Assembly (NCBI RefSeq): GCF_018977255.1
Contig: NW_024704743.1
Location: 58,158,001 to 58,222,000 of the forward strand
Origin: Callorhinchus milii
Taxonomy: Eukaryota
Length of the DNA stretch: 64,000 nt
Direction of reading: 5' to 3'
A program made the position numbers and the translations under genes. Shown here piece after piece: positions 54,471 through 64,000 of this stretch. Below the pieces are notes generated by a model that saw only the letters and a list, made by a program, of their open reading frames with translations, ran no database searches and was not told the DNA's origin. How positions within the stretch are numbered: position 1 is the stretch's first letter; the number at the start of each line of letters is the position of its first letter.

Positions 54471-56067
54471 TGTAGGAAATAGAAGTGTTCCTGAGTGTAC
54501 GAAATAGAAGATGCTGCAAACGTCAACTGAGTTCCTACGTTGTTATACCCAGTGATGACCAAAGTGATGACCTGCCTTGCTCTTTCAGTTGCTGATTGAT
54601 CTGCTATGTATATCTTGCAATTTCTATTTTTATTGAGATTTCCAGCCTTCACAGTTTTTTTAAAAAAATCTCACTAATACTTTGCTGCTTTCTGTGAAGG
54701 TCTATCCCTCTTATGATGTTGCAATAGTTTTAAATTATAGTGCTGTGTCACTGTTCCAGCTGAGTGTAGGAAAGACCAGATAATCATAGAAATTTACAGC
54801 ACAGTAGGAGGTTATTCAGCCCACTGAGACTGCACTGGCTCTCAGAGCAAGCTTACTGGGGGTTAAGTGGTTAAGGTGTATCATTCCTATTGTTATTGTG
54901 TAGGTGAGCATTGAGGGAATAGGAAAAGAAGAATAAGGAGAACAAGCCTCTCTATAGGTTGAAAGATCATACAATCCAGAGTTTAAAACATCACAGATAG
55001 TACTGAGCAGTTTTAGCTGTGAGATACAACAGTCAAGAAGTACAAGTGGTTTCTATAGTTTTAGGATTGGAAGAGATGAATCTATGAGGCTAATACACCA
55101 CATTTACAAAATGATGTACTGTCTTAAACAATGACAGCTCTGAATCAAGGATAACATTTAATTGTTGTGCCCAGAAACGATTAATATTGACATAAAAGGG
55201 ACGATTTTGAATAAATTGTAGCTGTAGTTAGACAGACAGTTTAACTAAGACACTTCATTACACTCACAGATTTTTATGGTGACAATTTTTCTTCATAAGT
55301 GAAAAGAACAAGTCAGTATGCATGGCTAGTTCCATAATAAACTTTGATGAATTTTATGAAGTACATTCAAATGTCTTGCATCCTGTTTAAATCCCAATAT
55401 GACATGCATTCCAGATATGCATATAGAAGGAGCTGGGAGAACAGGCATGAAGACCGATATTTTGTGCTTTGCTAGTAATAGCTCTGAACTGCCTAAAGCA
55501 TTAGGAGCACCTCTTAAAAGTCAGGTATTGTGTTGAGTTAGAAATTCTCATACGCTAAGCAGGCCGAAAGAGAAAAAAATCAAAGGCTTTTTGAATTGGG
55601 CCCCGAATATCCAAGGTTAATTTTTTCAGAAAGCTGCAGCAGTTAGATAAGACCATCCCCTGCAAATTAGTTTTGCCTGCCTGGATTACCACTAAATTTA
55701 TGCAGTTGCCTTATCCTTTCAGAAGCAGCTCTGAAGTACTGTAATTAACTGGCACACATAAAATGTGCAATTTTTCTGCTTGGTGGCAGCAATCCCTCAT
55801 CTTCATCTATTCATTTCTGACCCTGTTGAATAGTTTATTTCAGGAGCTTTAACCCCTACAGTCTTTGGAAACATTTTTGCACAACTTCAAAACAACAATA
55901 CACAGAAGCATTAGTCTTATAGATGCAAAGCGTGACTTATTTTACATGTGATTTTATTCTGCTTCCTTTAACTTCAACTAAGAACATGTAAAATTTAAAG
56001 ATAGAGAGTGTTTCTCCTGATTAGTTTCTACATATAGTACAATTTACATTTATATAGTGCTTTTTAT

Positions 56068-56660
56068 ACCGGGGTCTCACTGGAGCTGAACTGGTTCCAA
56101 GGTGACATACCTGGCAATGGAACGTCAGAATTGAGCCAGCCCTCTGTGGCAGTCTCTGTAGTCCGGTTCCAGAGACAGACGGGTCCGCAGTACTCCAAGG
56201 CACTGCTGATGACAGCACAGCCAGCCTGGCTCATCAGTAGGACATGGAAGGGCAGACCAGTCACCGGGGTCACGGAGTCATCCCACTCAACTCCTGTTAA
56301 CCCTGCAAGTCAAAGCCCTAATGGGTAGGGTGGTCCTAGCTGGACAAGCAGGGGGAAAGCTTGCCAGACAGCAATATCAATGGCAATCTATGCGGTTTTA
56401 GCTGGTTAGACTCCAGCAGTACCCTAATGCACACTATGGATTCCTCAAGCCTTGGCTGTTGCCATCCTGTGGCAAATATTTTCCAGAATTAGGTAAGCTG
56501 GATGAGTCCCTCCAGGAAGAGAGTGGCATTCCATTCCAACAATCTATCCCTGGGATTTCCATGTGTAGGTGGGATGATTGGAAATCTCAGCTTGGTTTGG
56601 ATCCTCTTAAGCAGGATGATGGGTTTCCGCATGTGGCAGACACCCAGTTGACCAAAAAAA
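56068..56660 (+). repeat. Unclassified repeat X (reference copy)
   Basis: Five related copies in the window; ends gttgaccaaaaaaa. Confidence 0.88.
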
Positions 56661-56900
56661 GACACATCGGGAGGACATCTCAAGATCCTTGACACTGCTG
56701 ACTGGGCACCCTAGCTTTGGGTGGTGGGAAGGGGAACTATGACCAAGAGCACAGTCAAAAATGTACTCTTTGAGATGGGCCTTGAATAATAATAATAATC
56801 TTTGAATTTGATATAGCATTTTATCATGTCATTGAGGCAACTCAATCGGATCTTTGACATTCACCAGAACATGCAGATGGGATCTAGCTGGACAAGCAGT

Positions 56901-57222
56901 GGTTTCCTGTAGCTCAGTGGTTAGAGCACTCGCTTTGCAAGTGAGAGACCTGAGTTCAATTCCAGGCAGGGGGCGAAACGTTGGGCAAGTTTCCTTACTC
57001 CACACGCCTAATACTAATCCCTCCAAAAAACCCAAAACAATAATAAATTGGTCATTTTCAATCTACGACTGTTTGTGGGACACTGCTGTGCGCAATTGGC
57101 TGCCGCGTTCGCCCACAAATATACAGTCAATTCACTTTACCGTGTGTTCTGTGAAGCGCTTTGGGACGTCCTCCCGACGTGAAAAGCGCTATATCAAATG
57201 CAAGGATTATTATTATTATTAT
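56901..57222 (+). mobile_element. Young SINE, short form, inserted in an old DeuSINE
   Basis: A box TAGCTCAGTGG 56910-56920, B box GAGTTCAATTCC 56952-56963, CpG-retaining Deu core, hairpin, (TTA)n. Confidence 0.95.
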
Positions 57223-57339
57223 TTAATGTCTCATTTGAAGGATGACACGTCTGACAATGCAGCACCCCCCCAACACAGCATTGGAGCATCAGCTTAGACA
57301 AAGTGATTCCAAATCCCATCATGGGGTTTGAACCAGAAT

Positions 57340-57845
57340 GAGGGGAGGGAGAATTAGGAGCAAGTCGAAGGGACTCCAGGATGGAGTTCCAGATAACAGT
57401 AATAAAATGGCTAAAAGGCTAACTGAGGACGGTTAAAAGACTTAGGGTGCATAGGGCAAGGGACGTGAAGTAGGCTGGTGTTTCTTAAGTGAAGGGAGCA
57501 GCCAGATCGATAAATTTGAAAGAGGTTGCAGAGGTAGGGTGGGCAAGATCGTTGAGGTATTTGAAGGTGATAACGAAGGTCTTGAATTCAATCCAATGTG
57601 TGATGGGAAGCCAGTGGAGCCAAGCAAGATGGAACTATTTGGCTCGAGGAGCCTGATGTGAGAGAGAACATCGGTTGTCGAGTTCTGGATATTCTGTAGT
57701 CTGTGTAAGAAAGCCTGTGGGGAGTCAAGTGACCAGGATATTGGTGCAGTCAAGTCAAGATGTGCTAAAAGCATGGATGAGAATCTTGCTAACGTGATGG
57801 AAAAGATACTGTAGTAGCAGAGTCGGGCAATGTTACATATGTGAA
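57340..57845 (-). mobile_element. Decayed L2 fragment
   Basis: NIARLC..LHRLQNIQNS..VLSH remnants. Confidence 0.75.
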
Positions 57846-57929
57846 CAAACTGTAACACTTACAAATCGAGATTTCTTGTCAATTTTTATGTATTTTTCTG
57901 AGAACTTCAGGCACCAAGGTTGAAAGATC

Positions 57930-58260
57930 AGAAGAGAAACAAAAGATCAAAAGATTGGTTTGGTTGAAGAAAGCCCTTTGGCCCTTTTGATACATCCTTC
58001 CAGAACACCCACCTGATCATCATCAGCTGTTTATTTTTTTAAATGGGTTTTGTGTCCTGACCTCAATCACCCTTCCTGGCAACCTATTTCCATCATTAAC
58101 TACCCTCTGGGTAAAGAAAAACTTCCTGGTGCCTGTCCTGAAATTGCTTTTTACAACTCTAAACGTATGTTCTCTTGTTCTACTGTCTTGGAGCATCCAA
58201 AAGTATTGTTCTTGATTTATTTTTTCAATCCCATTTAAAAACCTGTATAAGGTTCAATCA
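57930..58260 (-). mobile_element. CR1 3' end
   Basis: Similar to 47690-47900 (cttcctggcaacct, aaagaaaaacttcctggt, aaagtattgttc). Confidence 0.7.
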
Positions 58261-58439
58261 GAGGCATTTTCCTTTCACGACTGAAGCAGTGTAAGTCTAG
58301 AAGAAGTGATAAAGTGGGACCAAGCTTTTGATTTAAAAGCTTGTGTATTTTATGAGGAAGAAAAGGCTGAGGGAATTGATGAATTCCATAGTCTTGAAGT
58401 CCTTGGAAACAATGAGTTTGAGTTGGAGCCAGTACAATG

Positions 58440-58700
58440 ATCCTTGATTTTAACACAATTTTGATGAAAGGAGGAGGAACAATATGTAGTGGAGGACTAA
58501 AAGAGAATTTTGGAAGAATTACTTCACACAGAGGGAAGTGAGATTGTGGAACTCGCTGTCTGAAGTGGTTGTTGAATCAGTTGGTTATAGATGCATTCAA
58601 GAGGATGCTTGACCTTCATAAGAGTGAGAAGGGAATAGAAGCGTATGGGAGGGAGTAATGGAATGGGTCGAAACTCATGTGGAGTATAAACACCAGCACG
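58440..58700 (+). mobile_element. CR1 3' end
   Basis: aattacttcacacagagggaagtgagattgtggaactcgctg (FTQR.V.LWNSL) and 3' UTR. Confidence 0.75.
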
Positions 58701-58996
58701 TAATGGCAGTGCAAGCTTTTTACATTTGGGGGGAGGGGCGGAATTCAGTATGCCCTTCCTTCATACTTTGAGTGAACAACTTTGAGCTTTTCTGATATCA
58801 AGAAATGGAAGAAAAATGTTGCTGTGAGCTGGTCCCTTTAAATAGGCTTCATCTCCAAGCCCCGAGGGGGAGAAGGATTATCGTCAGGGACAACTAATAG
58901 GGAAGCATAACATTCCCAATAGTAGGGCAGCCTGGAGGCGGGACTGTCTCTGTCTTGATTGAAGAAAACAAGTGGCACCTCTTGATGAGTCAGTGC

Positions 58997-59220
58997 TACA
59001 ACAACAATCAATCACATTTGTATAGTCCTTTCACATCAGGAGAATGTCCAGTCAAGGATCCGGACACAGCTGGTGGTTGGGATCAGGAGGGGTGGAGGGT
59101 GGGGATGGTAGGGTAGAAGGGTGACTGAAGTCACGGTTGAAGAGGAGGGTCTTGAGACAGGTCTTAAAGGAGGCAATAGAGGGGGTGAAGCAGAGGAACT
59201 GTGGGATGCAGTTCCAGAGG
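58997..59220 (-). mobile_element. L2 3' fragment
   Basis: (caa)n tail; gtcttgagacaggtcttaaaggagg...gttccagag. Confidence 0.8.
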
Positions 59221-61221
59221 CTGATAGTGGTCTATAGGTAACTAAAATATCAGCAACTCAGAGTCGGGGAGTGGGGGGGGGGAGTTGTAAATACACTTCT
59301 GCCCCCCCCCTTTTCCCAACGTTTCCACTGAGGGGGCAAGGCTGCCCCCCACCACTGCCAGTGTTGGGTTGAGTGGTGCGTTTTCGTGTTGTATATTCTT
59401 TGTAAACCGTTGTACGTGACAACGTATTTCAAGCCTCCCTGACGTTTACTCTCTGTTTAGATGTCTCAACCAGAACGCCACTCATTAAAATAAGAAACGT
59501 CTACACTTATTCCTATACTGGAACTTCCTGTGTCCAGTTCACAGTTGATCCTACTTCGGACAAAAGGAAATTAAATGCATGGATTATTCTATTATTATAA
59601 ATTTTGAACAATGGACCAACCACCACTGTCTTGAACATCATTCCTCATCTCCAGAAGGAGCCATATTGTGTGTCGATTAAACAGAATCCCATTTCCAATT
59701 ATTCCTTCTCATGATACATGATTTATCCAGTATGTCGCTAAACACAGGAGCGATCATCATCAAATCTGATAATCATTTTTTTTTCCCTTCCCATTCGTTT
59801 ATGCTGAGCCTTCATTTTATAAGATGTGCCAACAAATCAGTTATTATTTTATGACTCCATTTAAAATTTCCTTTCCTATGAAGTATTGGGACCCAAAACA
59901 GAATAAAACTTCTTCATCAATCATCTCTAGGGCCTCAATAGTATTTCTGTTCAGATCATAGTCTTGAACTAAAGTATATGAGAAAAATTGAAAACAGAAA
60001 GGCAGAACATAACTAAAACCTGGAGTGAGTGCGATTTTCCTTCATGACTGGTGTGACGAGACTAATTTAATAAATGAGTGGAACTAACAACCAACAATTT
60101 CAAACTATTTACTAGAGGGTTGCACTATGTTTTTTTGGTGCAGGAACATTTGATGTATTAAAAACCATAACACTAACATGTTTTCTCCTGTGTTACTATC
60201 ATGGAGTCAAAACTGCGGGATGTAATATGCGATTTCACGCCAATTATCACATCAGTCAAAAATAAGACAGAATAGTCAATAGTTAGCACTGACCCTGGGT
60301 TAACCTCCTCCCCACTGCACTGTGATAAATATTGTTTTGCTCTTGTTATAATTTGACCATAGGAAATGGGAAGTATAATACAAATTTGAAAGAATTTGAA
60401 AATAAAAGGGAGTTTCTCCAGGTGTCCTGGCCAACAATCCCTCAAATAAAAAAATGTTTGTTCAGTTCATCGCTGTTTGTGGGACTTTCTGCACACAAAT
60501 TCACCTACAAAATACACACTCACTACACTTTACAGTAGTTAAAATGTCTTCCTGACGTAAAAGGAGCTATGTGAAATGAAACGATTATTAATTATATTCT
60601 TACTTTTTCTTGTAAAATATATTTTCACAACAGTACCCCTCTCGGCATTGATGTTCTGATATGACAAGGTGCTATAACAGTTATATTCTTTATTCTCTAT
60701 TTCTAAATGGGTGCAAGCATTATGAGCACAGATTTTAGGGAATGAAAGAGAATTCTGCAATATTATTTTAATCGAGTTGTAAAATTAGAATGTGAAGTCA
60801 AACACAATAAGTTATTTTAATGTTGCATAAATATTGCATGGTTCATGGGAACCAATTAAATCATCTAGCTAATTTCATGAGCAATGGCGATCCCAGCACT
60901 GATGAAGACAGGGTAACCACTGTTCCCACTGTGCGTTGTGATTCTAAAGCATGAATAGAAATAATTTAGTTTAAAATAAATTAATTTCAAATCTATTCAT
61001 TTTTATTGTCTTAATAGGAATTATCTGGATGTAGAGCATCCCACTATTAAGCCTGCTGGGTATTTTGGTCCCAGCATTATTACTTCTCTGAGTGAATCAC
61101 AGTAAAGTAGGAAAGCAGAACGAGAAAGGACCATTACTATCTGCCTGTCTGTTCTCATTTTCTATTGCCATATCTCCATCACCATACCTGTCAAACTCAC
61201 GCATCCCTGTATCCCAAGTAC

Positions 61222-61436
61222 TATCCAAAAAAACAAAACAATAATAAAAAAATTGGTCATTTTCAATCCATGACTGTTTGTGGGACATTGCTGTGTGCAA
61301 TTGGCTGTCGCGTTCGCCCACAAATATACAATCAATTCACTTTACAGTATATTCTGTGAAACGCTTTGGGACGTCTAGAAGACGTGAAAAGCGCTATATC
61401 AAATGCAAGGATTATTATTATTATTATTTATTATTA
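61222..61436 (+). mobile_element. SINE 3' half
   Basis: Close to 57020-57222, with hairpin loop variant acgtctagaagacgt. Confidence 0.9.
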
Positions 61437-64000
61437 TCCAAATGCTATTCACTTTTGTTTTGAAATTTCCTGCACTATCTGCTTTCTTACATGTGTTAAC
61501 TATCTTCTAGATAAGTAGTTAAATCTGGACTATTCATCCTCTCTCTTGCAATGTGAGACCATGGTCCTGTTTTGGATTGATTGACAATATTGAATAAGGT
61601 ATTCGAATCTAGTGTGTCCATATTTTTAGAGTATTTCAATCCACAATCTTCTGACTCAGAGGCAAGAGTGCTACCACTGTGCTAAGCTGACACACTAACA
61701 TAATCAAACAAATCTGAGGTAAGGTGTTATCACAGGGAAATATTGGCTAATATGCTCTGATAGCCAGCAATTCCAATGGCAATTTCAAACTATTTTCAGG
61801 TCCAAGTATCCGACTGAAAATGGGAGGTGGGGAATGGGGAGGGGTGGAGAAGGGTTAAACCTGCAGCCAGGCCTTAATTATTTACTATCTCAACCACATA
61901 TACAAATGTTCCTCATATACAAATCCATTATTACAAATGTTGCTTTAAATAGGCAATTATATCAAACCGTGTTTTTTTGCTTCCAAGCCAGAAATACTTT
62001 AGAAGAGCAGTTAATTTGCAGTATGAAACATAGTGGCAAAAAAGCAAGTCTACCCCCAATTTGATTATATTACAAGCATTATTGGGTAGTTTCAAAGGCA
62101 CACATCTTCATAGGAAAGCTTGTTTCCATTGTAATCTGTCTATAATGTATTGCACTGCAGATCAGACCAAATCTGTTTCTATAAACCCATCTACTCAAAG
62201 TTTCAAAAGGCAAATCCACCTTTGACTAATTCAACCCCATGGTGTAATCTATTCTGCAATCAAAGTTGAATCATGGTTTTGCAAGACAAAATCAGGATCT
62301 TTTTGGTCTTCATTTTGCTTGTCAATAATTCAGTATGATTTCTCATAGTCAAAGATGAAGAAAGTAAAAATAAATGGGCATAGAGTGAGAAGAAGGAACA
62401 GGATTATTTTTGGATATATAACAGCCTGACAAACCAAACTTGCCTGAGGAAACAAAACAAAACATAATCACTTCTGAACCTGTAATCCATTATCTTTTTA
62501 TCAGGGGCAAAATATATTAATCCTATAATGTTTTGGGATTTGTAAAATAAATTATCACATTAAGCTGGAGATCTAAGAGCACATGAGAGTGTTCTTTTCC
62601 ATCTTGGTTATTTCTGTGCTTAAGGCAATTGCTTAATGTCATAAGTCTGTATTTTACAAATGTCAAAAAAGAATTTATTGCAGTTTGAGGCATCGAAAAA
62701 AAGGATAGTTGTTAACAGTTTGAGTTAGCAGATGAAATTGAGGCTGTCAATCACAAATGCTTACAATTGACATGTATGGAAATGACAGGCTTTTATATCC
62801 ACAGTCAAATCTATAATGTTAAATCCTCAAATGAAATACAACTTAATGCCCTTTGAGATTTAGCTAGACTTTGATGTCCAACAATGATTTAAAAGATTGA
62901 TGCATGACTTGAAGATATTTTATTTGATAGAAATGCTGAAATTGACAACTACAGTATTTTGCTAATGAAATGCTCACATTTTTTAGTGTGAGTATCAAGA
63001 TCCTTTTATCGTAATTGTAGATATAAAGTTAACTGAGTGTGTTTGGTTACTCTTGAGCCACAAACATCTATTCTTTCAATGTACTGTTTATTAAGTTACA
63101 GCAGATAACAAGTTCAATGGGATGTTGGTTGAAATCTTTTGAATTCTTGCCTTTGGAACTCTTGCTTTCACTAATCCTTGCATTTGATATAGCATTTATT
63201 TATAGGTGAACACAGCAGCTAATTTGTGCAAAGTTATATCCCTCAAAGATCCAGGAAGTGAATGAAAAATATTGATATCTGGAAAATTCAGGGAGAAACA
63301 CCCTTTTCTTTTTCAAATAGTATCACTCAGTGGGAATTCAATGGGAATCCTAGCACCGCTCACTCAAGAGCCAGATACTCCCCTCCCTGCTTCTTCCCTC
63401 CCTCCACCCAGACCCAACACATTCAGCATGTTTTGAAGTAAAATATCAATTGTCTAAGAGTGCATCTGTTTGGAAACTAGCAGTCAATATTATAATAAAC
63501 GTTTACATTGTGCCCTGCTTCTTTTGTGGTAGATTTTAATTTAAACCGAGCACAGAACAGGTGACATCATCGGGGATTACCATCAGTGAGGATTTGCTGA
63601 GCCAGGCATGGCGAGAGAATTACATTACCATGTACACAGTTTGGTGACAAGATTGTGGGAGCACTTTGGGCTAATGGCTGTAGCTATTGATGTTAATTCA
63701 GATGGTATTTGGCGAGGGAATTAATGACAGATTCCAATTGGAATCCAGGAATGAAAAGGATTCCAGTCCATTTTTGGTAATGGAAACATTCCCTCTCCAC
63801 ATAGGTTGAGTGTTTTTGAGGACCAGCAATATCAGAGAGGTACATGACCTGATTTCACCCGACGGGTACAAGATATGAGATAAATTATATGTGTGAGACC
63901 TTGATTTTTTTTCATTGAGTATCCATCCATCCAAACCAAATCTAAATTATGCATTTCCACTGTAGTTCAGGGAGGTATAATAAGGTGTAATAAGCGGATG

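Noticed and set aside
56498..56525. Hammerhead-like ctggatgagtcc..gga in repeat X
   Set aside because: No GAAA core and not conserved in the other copies
56901..56975. tRNA gene
   Set aside because: It is a SINE head, continuous with the repeat body and lacking a proper acceptor stem and terminator
56854..57297. Recurring peptides ending KCKDYYYY
   Set aside because: Translation of the SINE tail and (TTA)n
63730..63745. 16-bp palindrome GATTCCAATTGGAATC
   Set aside because: About one is expected by chance in 64 kb
1..64000. CRISPR array, retron or other prokaryotic RT system
   Set aside because: The RTs are non-LTR L2/CR1 type in vertebrate repeat context; no regular repeat-spacer array or operon

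Overview
Repeat-dense, AT-rich vertebrate non-coding DNA (intronic or intergenic). The repeat content suggests a cartilaginous fish, probably a holocephalan such as elephant shark/chimaera; this is inferred from repeats only. No host protein-coding gene can be supported. All long ORFs are remnants or antisense shadows of L2-clade LINE ORF2. The window holds at least two L2 families (one young copy has an almost intact RT frame), a young tRNA-headed Deu-domain SINE in long and short forms that shares the L2 3' hairpin, older DeuSINEs, CR1 fragments, an unclassified ~600-bp A-tailed repeat (5 copies) and MITE-like palindromes. The most notable observations are locally templated or fold-back sequences at the 5' junctions of several young L2/SINE insertions, compensatory changes in the shared L2/SINE tail hairpin, and the unclassified repeat. 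I did not find a clearly novel gene system. Boundaries of decayed repeats are approximate.
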